In this document: in pieces, positions 1 to 8,955 of the stretch
Layout: each line of letters begins with the position of its first letter
Numbering within the stretch: the first letter of the stretch is position 1
Assembly: GCA_029856105.1 (NCBI GenBank)
Contig: JAHQWH010000101.1
Span: 1 to 34,583, forward strand
Origin: Promethearchaeia archaeon
GTDB taxonomy: Archaea; Asgardarchaeota; Lokiarchaeia; Sigyniarchaeales; SOKP01
Direction of reading: 5' to 3'
DNA: 34,583 nucleotides
Translations under genes and position numbers: made by a program
Notes under the pieces: model-generated
What the model was told of the DNA's origin: nothing
Database searches by the model: none
Seen by the model: the letters and a program-made list of their open reading frames with translations, nothing else

Positions 1-2
1 AT

Positions 3-2585
3 GAGATTAAAAAATATGTAAAAGAAAGGCGGCTTTCGATTGGTCCTATGTATGTTTTACCAGATGAGTTTTTGGTAAGTGGCGAGTCTTTGATTAGAAA
101 CTTAATGATTGGACACCAAATTGCTAATAGATTTGGAAGGGTTATGAAAGCAGGTTACATCCCTGATCCTTTTGGCCACATTGCTCAATTACCTCAAATA
201 CTTCAAGGATTTGAAATCCCTTCGATTTTATTCTGGCGAGGGTTTGGTAACGAATTCGAAGAAAACAACTTGAACATTGAATTTATATGGAATTCCCCAG
301 GAAATTCTAGTTCAATTTTGGGAATATTTTTAAAGCAGAGCTACGGTTCGGTTGCTGATCTTAATTTATCAAAAAAAAACGGAAAATATAAACTGGCGCT
401 TCATAAGATAAAAAGGGTTGTTTCTGAGTTCGAGAAATTCACCGCTACCCCCTATGTTCTTTTGAATAGCGGTTCAGATCATCACGAAGCTCGATCAGAG
501 ATTCCTGAAATAGTTAGGCAATGGAACGAAATGTATCCCGAGAAACTTTTAGAACAAAACGATTTTGAATATTACGTTGATAAAGTATTAGGCGATAATC
601 CACAGTTAAAATCGTTTAAAGGAGAGTTAAGGGGTGGAAAGTACGCACATCTACTTTCAGGGGTATTTTCAGCTCGCATGTGGATCAAGCAGAGAAACTC
701 GGCGATCGAATATCTGTACGAAAAATATACGGAACCCTTATCAACAATTATATGGTCTCTCGATAAAAATAAGAAATTTAATTATCCTCAAGCTTATATG
801 CTCACAGGTTTGAAATGGCTTATCAAAAACCACCCTCACGATAGCATATGTGGCTGTTCTATTGATCAAGTTCACAAAGAAATGGAGACCAGATTTGATT
901 GGGCGGAGCAAATCGGTAACGAAGTGTTTAAAAATTCAATGTTGTATCTATATAATTTGATTACAGTTGAAGAAGACGAGAAAAAAATTCCGATCGTAGT
1001 ATTTAATCCTCTTCCTTGGAAACGGAAAGATGTCGCAAATTTCAACGCAATATCCAACACTAAAAAGGCTGGCTTTAAAAATCCAGAAGCTTTCAAAATT
1101 CTCGACTCCGAAGGAAACGAGATCGCATACCAATACGTTCAAGTCAACGAAGAACCAAGATATCGATTAATTGGTTCGGTAAGTTATTATTGTTCGTTTT
1201 TAGCCGATGTTCCTGCTTGTGGATATAGGTGTTATTATATCATACCAGGAGAAAAACCAGAAGAATCTGTAATAAAAAGTAAAGAATTGAAGTTAGGAAT
1301 AAATAGCTTAGAAAATCAGTTCTACAAAATTGATATAAGTTTTAATGGGCAAATAGATGTTTTAGATAAAGAAAGCGAAATTTTGTACGAAAATATTTGC
1401 TATTTTGAAGATGTAGGAGATTGGGGGGACGAATATGACTTTTCTGGGCCATATGATAATCAAACTGATCTAAAATTCACATCAAAAGATCTGAATGTTC
1501 TAGAAATAACACCGTTTTTAGATGGGGTAACCCAAAAAACGATTAAAATAAGAGCAAATCTCAATTTACCTGCTTCTTTAACCGAGGATAGGTATAGTAG
1601 AGACGAATATCTGATTTCAAACTTAATCGATATCTATATAACGGTATACAAGGACATTAAACGAGTTGACTTTAAAATTGATTTAGAAAACAATAGTAAA
1701 GACCACCGAATAAGAGTACTTTTTCCTTCAAAAATTAAATCTAAAAAGGTAGATTCCGATGGGCATTTTTACGTCATTTCACGAGATTTTGAGATGCCAA
1801 AATCTGAGAGATGGGCTCAAAAACCGGTACCTACTAACCACCAAAAAGACTTTGTGTCTGTTAACGATACATCAAGAACCTTTTCGGTTATAAACAAAGG
1901 ATTACCCGAATATGAAGCAATTATTAATAAAGATGATACGATTTCGCTAGCTATTACCTTACTGCGGTGTATTGAATGGCTTTCAAGACACGATTTTACA
2001 TCGAGAAGAAGTAACGCAGGCCCGGACCTAAATACTCCCGAGGCTCAATGTCTTGGAAAGCATACTTTCGAGCTTTCTCTCGTTATTGAAGGAAACAAAA
2101 CTAATTGGTTAGATTCGAACGCTCACATAAAAGGTAAAGAATTTAACAACCCTTTTGAGGTGGTGGTTCCCTCAATAGTTAGGACCTCAATAAGAGCTTC
2201 GAATAAAGTCGTTTTAGCCCCTTTTGGACTCATCTCATATTTTAAAACAGCAACTATTCAACCTTTAAAACCTTATTTACCTACTGAATTAAGCTTCCTT
2301 GAAATCGATAACAAAAAAGTAATGCTTAGTGCTTTGAAAAAATCGGAAAAGGGAGAATCTTTAATCGTTAGAGTCTATAACATCTCTCCAACCTCACAAA
2401 AAGCAAGGATATCCTTACATAAGAAGACTTCCATCAAGAGCGTGGATATTGTAAACTTTCTGGAGGAAAAACCTGAAAATGAAATTAAGGCAAAAATTGA
2501 TTCAAGTAAAGAAAATCATCTTAATTTAACTTTGGAACCTCATGTAATAGTAACGATAAAACTTGAGCTTATTAATAATTATTAA
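3..2585 (+). CDS. GH38 alpha-mannosidase family protein, 5'-truncated by the window edge
   Basis: The frame is open from position 3 (EIKKYVKERRLSIGPMYVLPDEFLVSGESLIRNL), so the ATG at 48 is internal. GH38 motifs: GYIPDPFGH (nucleophile Asp region), NSGSDH, NHPHDSICGCSID, ITLLRC, LSALKKSE. Confidence 0.9.
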   Translation, partial: EIKKYVKERRLSIGPMYVLPDEFLVSGESLIRNLMIGHQIANRFGRVMKAGYIPDPFGHIAQLPQILQGFEIPSILFWRGFGNEFEENNLNIEFIWNSPGNSSSILGIFLKQSYGSVADLNLSKKNGKYKLALHKIKRVVSEFEKFTATPYVLLNSGSDHHEARSEIPEIVRQWNEMYPEKLLEQNDFEYYVDKVLGDNPQLKSFKGELRGGKYAHLLSGVFSARMWIKQRNSAIEYLYEKYTEPLSTIIWSLDKNKKFNYPQAYMLTGLKWLIKNHPHDSICGCSIDQVHKEMETRFDWAEQIGNEVFKNSMLYLYNLITVEEDEKKIPIVVFNPLPWKRKDVANFNAISNTKKAGFKNPEAFKILDSEGNEIAYQYVQVNEEPRYRLIGSVSYYCSFLADVPACGYRCYYIIPGEKPEESVIKSKELKLGINSLENQFYKIDISFNGQIDVLDKESEILYENICYFEDVGDWGDEYDFSGPYDNQTDLKFTSKDLNVLEITPFLDGVTQKTIKIRANLNLPASLTEDRYSRDEYLISNLIDIYITVYKDIKRVDFKIDLENNSKDHRIRVLFPSKIKSKKVDSDGHFYVISRDFEMPKSERWAQKPVPTNHQKDFVSVNDTSRTFSVINKGLPEYEAIINKDDTISLAITLLRCIEWLSRHDFTSRRSNAGPDLNTPEAQCLGKHTFELSLVIEGNKTNWLDSNAHIKGKEFNNPFEVVVPSIVRTSIRASNKVVLAPFGLISYFKTATIQPLKPYLPTELSFLEIDNKKVMLSALKKSEKGESLIVRVYNISPTSQKARISLHKKTSIKSVDIVNFLEEKPENEIKAKIDSSKENHLNLTLEPHVIVTIKLELINNY

Positions 2586-2666
2586 ATAAATAAAAAAATT
2601 CTTTTATTTTTTAAAAATCTCTAAATCCACTTTAAAATATTTCTATTTTTAATAATATTGGTTATG

Positions 2667-2688
2667 TGATACTATTTTTATAGTATCA
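2667..2688. promoter_or_regulatory. Perfect 9-bp inverted repeat overlapping a TATA-like box upstream of the GGR-GGPPS operon; candidate operator
   Basis: TGATACTAT-tttt-ATAGTATCA, containing TTTTATA, about 48 nt upstream of the GTG at 2736. Confidence 0.4.
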
Positions 2689-2735
2689 TCAACTTTTTAG
2701 CTAACTTCTGAATAAAATAAAAGGTCGAAAAACTT

Positions 2736-3845
2736 GTGAAAAAGTTTGATATTATTGTTATAGGCGCAGGACCAGGAGGTTCTGTTGCAGCTAAAGTAGC
2801 CTCCGAAAACGGATATTCTACCTGCATTCTTGAGAAAGAAATGCTTGGTGAGAAAGGAAGATATAAAGCGTGTGGAGGAGCTACTGCATGGGAACTAATA
2901 GAAGAAATTGACTACCCAGAAGAAAAAATTGGAAGGGTAATTGAATCTTTAGAATTGCACCATGTTGACGGAGAAACTTATTCTAAAAAAGGTAAAGGCG
3001 CTGTCGTTTGGCGAAGTACTTTCGATAAGTTTTTAACTGACATGGCTGTCGAAAGTGGAGTCTTATTAAAAGAGAAAGAGCCTATGATTGACATTGGAAA
3101 AGTTGATGATTTTTACAAAATCAGTACTAATAAAGAAAAATATATTGCAAAATACATAATTGCTGCCGATGGCGTTACTTCACCTACTTTGAAATTGCTA
3201 AATTGGCCTTTTTTCAAAAGTGAAGACTTAATTTTAACGATTACTAAAGAGATGAAAACTACTAAGGCCAATATCGATAAAACTCTTGGACATGATACAG
3301 TTCATTTGTTTTTTGGTATTGAAAGTCTTATTCGTGTTGGTTATGCTTGGTTGTTTCCAAAAACTGAGAGGATTACAGTAGGATGGGGTAATCAAATTAA
3401 TTTAGTGAAAAATTCAAGAGAAGAATTCAAAAAATTTCTAGGGCTCCCACTTGTAAAACTAGCGCTAAACAATTCAACGATGGAAACCTTTAAACCCCAT
3501 TTAATCCCAGTTGGATTAAGATCTAAATTATATGAAGATTTTGTTTTTGCGATAGGAGATTCTGGAGGAATCGTAGATCCAATTTCTGGAAAAGGGATTC
3601 CCTATGCCATGATGTCGGGTCAATTTGCTATTGACGCTATTAAAACTTGCGAAAAAAAAGACAAGTTAGATAAATTAGGTTCTGTTTATGAAGGAAATTT
3701 AGACAAAAAATTTCTCAGAGTTTTAAAACTAAAAAGGATTTTAAGAGACAAAGTTTTTCAAAGTGATGAAAATTTGAAGAAATTCTTATCGTTGTGGGAA
3801 AACCATCGAAGTTCAGAAATAGCAATAAAAAAATTAATGGATTAA
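2736..3845 (+). CDS. Geranylgeranyl reductase family flavoprotein (DGGGPL reductase-like)
   Basis: GAGPGG FAD-binding motif, KACGG, IAADG, GYAWLFPK (YxWxFP signature), IGDSGGIVDPISGKGI; adjacent to GGPP synthase. Confidence 0.88.
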   Translation: MKKFDIIVIGAGPGGSVAAKVASENGYSTCILEKEMLGEKGRYKACGGATAWELIEEIDYPEEKIGRVIESLELHHVDGETYSKKGKGAVVWRSTFDKFLTDMAVESGVLLKEKEPMIDIGKVDDFYKISTNKEKYIAKYIIAADGVTSPTLKLLNWPFFKSEDLILTITKEMKTTKANIDKTLGHDTVHLFFGIESLIRVGYAWLFPKTERITVGWGNQINLVKNSREEFKKFLGLPLVKLALNNSTMETFKPHLIPVGLRSKLYEDFVFAIGDSGGIVDPISGKGIPYAMMSGQFAIDAIKTCEKKDKLDKLGSVYEGNLDKKFLRVLKLKRILRDKVFQSDENLKKFLSLWENHRSSEIAIKKLMD

Positions 3846-3855
3846 GTGAGCCTAA

Positions 3856-4923
3856 ATGAAATTTAATGAATATGTGAGTTTTTATAAGCCTAAGATAAAC
3901 GATGCAATAGCGTTAATATATAATAGAAATTTAAAAGAAGTAAATAATTCGTTCTTAAAAGTCTATTATTCAGAATTACGAGACTATTTCTTAGCGGGAG
4001 GAAAAAGAATTCGTCCTTTGCTTTGTATCGCTACTTATAACGCTTTTAGTGAAAAACAAAATGACGATATTATCTTTCCAAGCGTTGGTGTCGAATTCTT
4101 ACATAACGCTTCTTTAGTCCACGATGATATTATTGATAAAGATAATTTTAGACGAGGAAAACCCGCATTTCACTACAGATTTAGACAATTTCACGAAGAA
4201 AATAACCTTAAAAAAATAGCAGCTGAAGATTATGGTAATTCGATAGGCATTATTGGTGGAGATTCCGCATTTTTTCTAGGTCTTGAAGCTTTTTTTTTTA
4301 ACAATTTTGGTAATAACTTAAATCTCAGAGCAATTCAATATTACGAACATGCTTTTAGAGAAGTAGCAAATGGAGTTTTGATCGAAATTGATATGATAAA
4401 CAAGAAAAACCTAAAAATGGAAGATTACATCCACATGGTTTCTCTTAAAACGGGAGCGTTACTAGAAAAATCAATATTAATTGGTGCTAATTACGCTAAA
4501 GTTGAAGAAAAATATAAGTCATATTTATCGATTTATGGAAAAAACTTAGGAATTATATTCCAGATAATAGACGACATTTTAGGAACCTTTGGTGATGAAA
4601 CAACAACGGGAAAACCAACAGACGGAGATATTAGAGAATCTAAAAAGACATGTTTATTGATAGAAGCCAATAATATGTTAAAAGGTAATGAAAAAATCAG
4701 ACTCAATGAATTAATCGAAAGTATTAATATGACTCAAGATGAAGTTCAAGAAGTAAGAGAATTATTTCTTAAAGCAGAAGTCATTAATAATAGTAAAAAA
4801 CTAGCGGACACTTATTATAAAGAAGCTCAAGTTGCCCTTGAAAAACTAAAGCCATTAATTCACAATTCAGAGTTAGAGTTTTATGAAAACCTATTAAAAT
4901 TTGTATTAGAAAGAAAATTTTGA
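3856..4923 (+). CDS. idsA: Short-chain trans-prenyltransferase (geranylgeranyl diphosphate synthase)
   Basis: GGKRIRP, first Asp-rich motif LVHDDIID..RRG, KTG, second motif FQIIDDILG, GKPTDGDIRESKKT. Confidence 0.9.
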   Translation: MKFNEYVSFYKPKINDAIALIYNRNLKEVNNSFLKVYYSELRDYFLAGGKRIRPLLCIATYNAFSEKQNDDIIFPSVGVEFLHNASLVHDDIIDKDNFRRGKPAFHYRFRQFHEENNLKKIAAEDYGNSIGIIGGDSAFFLGLEAFFFNNFGNNLNLRAIQYYEHAFREVANGVLIEIDMINKKNLKMEDYIHMVSLKTGALLEKSILIGANYAKVEEKYKSYLSIYGKNLGIIFQIIDDILGTFGDETTTGKPTDGDIRESKKTCLLIEANNMLKGNEKIRLNELIESINMTQDEVQEVRELFLKAEVINNSKKLADTYYKEAQVALEKLKPLIHNSELEFYENLLKFVLERKF

Positions 4924-5052
4924 GTTTCTAGATCTTGTTTGAGGTGTTTAAAAAAAATTTTAATAAGAGTAACCTCCACTCTTCTATGTGATCAAGAAGG
5001 CGTTCTCTTTTTACTCTAATAAAAACTTATTTTTAAAATATCGAATCTTATA

Positions 5053-5979
5053 TTGATTATGGGACTATTTAACGTTAAAAATATAATAAGTTTTGCTTCC
5101 ATGGCTCCAACATTTTTACAGTCAATAGTAAGAAATGTTCCGTTATATGTGAATTACGATTTAACTTGGCAATGTAACTTAAAATGTAAGCATTGTTATT
5201 TTTTCTCATCAACAAAGGAATTAAAAAATAAAAGAACGGAATTATCGGACGAAGAATGGATTAAACTTTTTAAATACCATAGAAAGTTAGGAACAAAAAT
5301 AGCTGTTTTGACCGGTGGAGAACCTACTTTAAGAATGGATGTTATAAAAGAAGCGATTAAAATTTTTCCCTCAGTTCAGGTTGTATCAAATGGAGTTATA
5401 AAATTACCTCGATTTAATGGATTTAAACAACCAAAATACTGGGTAAGTATAGATGGTACCAAGGAAACTCATGACAAGATAAGAGGTGCAAGGGTTTTTG
5501 ATAAAGTCATACAAAATATTCGGGAGAACAATCCGGTCGTTGTGTCAACCATCATGACGTTAAATTATAAGGAAATTGAAGATATTGCTAAGATTGCTCA
5601 CTATAATGGTGCTTCTGGATTAGTTTTTCTATTATATACCGACTATCCTGACAGCCCACTTTTATTAAAAGGTGATATATTAAAAAAGACAATAAAAGAC
5701 ATTTTAAAAGTAATGCGTGAATACGGAAATTTTATTTGTTATTCCAAAAAAATGTTAGAAGTATACCTGTCAAAAGAATTTGTGCCGCATTGCATATTTA
5801 AAACTGGTCAAATAAAAAGTTTCTATCCTGATGGAAAACAAAAGTTTTGTGTCATGGGAAATTCACCACTTTTATGTGACAATTGTGGATGTATCGTGCC
5901 AATTGCTGCTTATGCCTTATTTAGGAAATTTGATTCCGGTACAGTTGATAAAACGAGAAAATTGTTTAATTTCATGTAA
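5053..5979 (+). CDS. Radical SAM protein with a C-terminal Cys-rich (Twitch/SPASM-like) region
   Basis: CNLKCKHC (CxxxCxxC), LTGGEP, VSNG, VSIDG..HDKIRG; C-terminal HC...FCVMG...CDNCGC. Confidence 0.85.
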   Translation: MIMGLFNVKNIISFASMAPTFLQSIVRNVPLYVNYDLTWQCNLKCKHCYFFSSTKELKNKRTELSDEEWIKLFKYHRKLGTKIAVLTGGEPTLRMDVIKEAIKIFPSVQVVSNGVIKLPRFNGFKQPKYWVSIDGTKETHDKIRGARVFDKVIQNIRENNPVVVSTIMTLNYKEIEDIAKIAHYNGASGLVFLLYTDYPDSPLLLKGDILKKTIKDILKVMREYGNFICYSKKMLEVYLSKEFVPHCIFKTGQIKSFYPDGKQKFCVMGNSPLLCDNCGCIVPIAAYALFRKFDSGTVDKTRKLFNFM

Positions 5980-6238
5980 TTTTTGTTATTTTGCAAAATT
6001 GATTTTTTCTACGATGCCATCTACAGCAATAACATGGAGCCCTATGAAATTTATAGAAATAAAAAGATGGAGATTGAGGTTCCGGCGAAGATTTGCAAGA
6101 ATATCAAAGAGAGATACAAAAACCACTAATTCTGTCGTTCTAAATGAGATAGATTTAATATTTAGTTAATATTTTAGATTCATACTCTTTAATAATTAAA
6201 AAACAAAAAAGATGAAATAAAAAGGAATAGAGCTTAGA

Positions 6239-7501
6239 ATGAAAAAAATAACTGGAGTAGATATTTTAGACGAAGAGGTAAAAGAAAAATTAACGACTAA
6301 AAATATCTATAAAATTTTTAATAATTTTATCATGCCCCTCATTACCGAAGAAGAAAGAGCATTTTTGGAAGAATTGGAACTTTTTCTGCTTAAACATATT
6401 GAACCTAATATAGACCTCAACACCGAAGTATACGAACTTTTTCCTATTCTTGGGAAAAAAAATTATATTCAAAGATTAAATAATTTTGGTGATTGTAAAA
6501 GGTGCAATATGCGATACGAGATGCTTCTAGCTATGGCTACATCGATTGTCGATCCTGAACTAGACTTGGCTAGAGTAGTAACCGGCGTAATATTTGCAAA
6601 TCCTTTATTCCAATTTGGTAAAAGCGATCATATCATTGAAGTTTTACATCAAATCGTAACGGGTAAAAAGATAGGATGTATTTGTATAACGGAAAAGTAC
6701 CAAGGGTCTGATGCGGTTAACATGAAAACTAAAATCCAGGATAAAGGAGATCATTTAATTATGGATGGAGAAAAACTATACACTACAAATGGACCTAACG
6801 CAGACTATTTCATAGTTTATGGTGTATCAGACACATCAAATCCTCGAGGTACAATGTACCAAGTCATTGTTGAGCGAGATTTTGAAGGTTTAGAAACTAA
6901 CAGGCTCGGCATTCAATCCGTTCCCCGTATAGAAATTGGACAAACAATTTTTAATTCCGTTAAAATTCCCAAAGAAAATGTTCTTGGAACCAAAGGTCAA
7001 GGATATAAGAACCTTTTTTCTGGGCTAGTTGCTGAAAGATGCGCTATCATAGGTTCTAGCCTTGGTATCGCTTGGCTTACGGCAATTACAGCTCTTATAT
7101 ATACAAACATAAGGTCTCAATTCAATCGCCCGATATACGACTTTCAAGGTGTTTCTTTTCCAATCACTCAGTTAATCACTGAATTAATGGCTGCTACGGA
7201 GTTAGGTTTCACAAGCGCAACAGAATACGATAAGACTATAGAACGCCAACATTTTGAAGAGAAAAAATACATAAAATACAACGCATCGTTTAGCTCAGGA
7301 GCGAAATTCCTTGCTTCTAACTTAGCTCATAAAATCTCGTATGAAACTCAGCAATTATGCGGAGGAATTGCTTTCACAGATAACCTGCGAATCGATAAAG
7401 CTTTAGAGGTTGCAAAAGTGCAAGAGATTATTGGTGGGGCTAGAAATATACAACTCTATTTAGTGAGTCGAGCAATAAAAGATATGATATCCTTTTTGTA
7501 A
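6239..7501 (+). CDS. Acyl-CoA dehydrogenase family protein
   Basis: ICITEKYQGSD, DGEKLYTTNG, RSQFNRPIYDFQGV, QQLCGGIAF, QEIIGGARNIQ. Confidence 0.88.
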   Translation: MKKITGVDILDEEVKEKLTTKNIYKIFNNFIMPLITEEERAFLEELELFLLKHIEPNIDLNTEVYELFPILGKKNYIQRLNNFGDCKRCNMRYEMLLAMATSIVDPELDLARVVTGVIFANPLFQFGKSDHIIEVLHQIVTGKKIGCICITEKYQGSDAVNMKTKIQDKGDHLIMDGEKLYTTNGPNADYFIVYGVSDTSNPRGTMYQVIVERDFEGLETNRLGIQSVPRIEIGQTIFNSVKIPKENVLGTKGQGYKNLFSGLVAERCAIIGSSLGIAWLTAITALIYTNIRSQFNRPIYDFQGVSFPITQLITELMAATELGFTSATEYDKTIERQHFEEKKYIKYNASFSSGAKFLASNLAHKISYETQQLCGGIAFTDNLRIDKALEVAKVQEIIGGARNIQLYLVSRAIKDMISFL

Positions 7502-7516
7502 TAGTTCAGTTGTTTT

Positions 7517-8158
7517 TTAAAGTAAATCAGTAACCTCAGTAACCTCAGTAACCTCAGATTCTCTAAGTTGTTTAATTAATATCGGTATTGCTTCATCGAT
7601 TATCGATTTTTCTTTTGCACCTAAACATACTATTTTTCCTGAAGAGAATATTAAAAAAACTACCTTTGGAACCTGCATTTTATAAATTGCTGCGGGAAAT
7701 ACTTCAGGCTCGTACATAACATTGTCCATCATAATAGTTAACACATTCAAATCAACATTCATATTCAGACTACTAGTTGCTACAATATTTTGAATGGTAA
7801 CTTTTGGATTTTTTATTTTAAATCCGATGTTTTGCATCTTTCCAACTGCTTGTTGAGCTGCTAAGCTAGCATCTGTGGTTTTTTTAAGACCAGTAATTAC
7901 CATTTTACCCGAAGAAAAAATTAATAAAGTAGCATGAGGATTTTCAATTCTCATAATAAGCCCTGGAAAACGATCAGGATGATATTCCACATTGGATATT
8001 TTTTGAATTATTTGATTTAAATCAAGTGCACCATCAATTTCGGTTATAGCTGTAGCTACAATATTTACAACTTTATATGAGATCTCAAGCTTGTCACCGC
8101 GATGATTACCCCCCAAATCTCGAATTATAAGCTTATCCTCAAGGTTTTCTCCACTAAT
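7517..8158 (-). CDS. tbp: TATA-box binding protein (probable ATT start at 8158; the ORF track starts at TTG 8116)
   Basis: Two TBP repeats: VNIVAT...EYHPDRFPGLIMR...LIFSSGKMVITG and IQNIVAT...YEPEVFPAAIYK...LIFSSGKIVCLGAK; acidic tail. The frame is open up to a TAA at 8162-8164, with a GAGGAG Shine-Dalgarno-like sequence just upstream. Confidence 0.93.
   Translation of the reverse strand: MSGENLEDKLIIRDLGGNHRGDKLEISYKVVNIVATAITEIDGALDLNQIIQKISNVEYHPDRFPGLIMRIENPHATLLIFSSGKMVITGLKKTTDASLAAQQAVGKMQNIGFKIKNPKVTIQNIVATSSLNMNVDLNVLTIMMDNVMYEPEVFPAAIYKMQVPKVVFLIFSSGKIVCLGAKEKSIIDEAIPILIKQLRESEVTEVTEVTDLL
7527..7557. repeat. 9-bp tandem repeat, about 3.4 copies, encoding EVTEVTEVT in the TBP C-terminal tail
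   Basis: tcagtaacc x3 followed by tcag, read directly from the sequence. Confidence 0.85.
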
Positions 8159-8388
8159 AATTTATCTCCTCATAATATTTTGTATTAAACTGATGTATTA
8201 TGACTTAATTAAATTTAATAAGGTGAATTAAATTTAAAATAATTAACATCTTTTAAACTAAATGAAACATCCCAATTTAACTTTTTCATCATTTTTTTTT
8301 ATCTTAATTTAGAGAAAAATAGATAAGATCTAAAAATAATTAAAGAATTATATTATAACTCTAATTAATTAAAATATCTTAAACTCCT

Positions 8389-8955
8389 TTGGTGAAAAAT
8401 TTGGTTTTGCTTATTTGTATTACGGGAGCTAGTGGTGCTAACCTAGCGATTATCTTGCTACAACAACTGAAGAAAAAGGAAATTGTAACTGAATTAATAA
8501 TATCAAGAGTAGCTGAGAAAATCATTGATATTGAAACTGATTTTAAGCTAAATGATATAATTGATTTATCAACAAAACATTACGACGTTAATGATTTAAC
8601 GGCAAACCCCGCAAGTGGTTCTTATAAAATTGATGCAATGGTAATTATTCCGTGCTCGATGAAAACCTTGGCTTCAATTGCTAATGGTTATGCAGATAAC
8701 TTAATAACCAGAGCCGCAGATGTAACCATTAAAGAACGAAGAAAACTCATCTTAGTAGTTCGAGAAACTCCTTTTAGCGCGATTCACCTGGAAAATATGC
8801 TTAAATTAGCAAGAATTGGAGTTATAATCGCACCACCAATTCCTTCTTATTATATTAAACCTAAAAATATCAATGAACTAAATAATTATTTCATAGGAAG
8901 AATACTTGATCAAATAGGTATTGAAAGTGGGATAAAGAGATGGGGGAGCTATTGA
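8389..8955 (+). CDS. ubiX: Flavin prenyltransferase UbiX (prFMN supply); start probably TTG 8401
   Basis: ITGASGA, PASGS, PCSMKTLA, DNLITRAADV..KERRKLILVVRETP, HLENM, C-terminal RWG. A GGTGA SD precedes TTG 8401. Confidence 0.93.
   Translation: MVKNLVLLICITGASGANLAIILLQQLKKKEIVTELIISRVAEKIIDIETDFKLNDIIDLSTKHYDVNDLTANPASGSYKIDAMVIIPCSMKTLASIANGYADNLITRAADVTIKERRKLILVVRETPFSAIHLENMLKLARIGVIIAPPIPSYYIKPKNINELNNYFIGRILDQIGIESGIKRWGSY

Noticed and set aside
5053-5979. Radical SAM as tetraether synthase (Tes) or GDGT ring synthase
   Set aside because: It is much shorter than those enzymes and has no recognisable extra N-terminal metal-binding or B12-binding domain.
5831-6169. 112-aa ORF overlapping the radical SAM 3' end
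   Set aside because: It overlaps a well-supported gene in another frame and has no recognisable motif.
8070-8140. Possible second structured insert in the TBP 5' region (two AAGCTT sites, partial stem)
   Set aside because: The frame is not disrupted, I could not build a BHB geometry, and TBP N-termini vary naturally in length.
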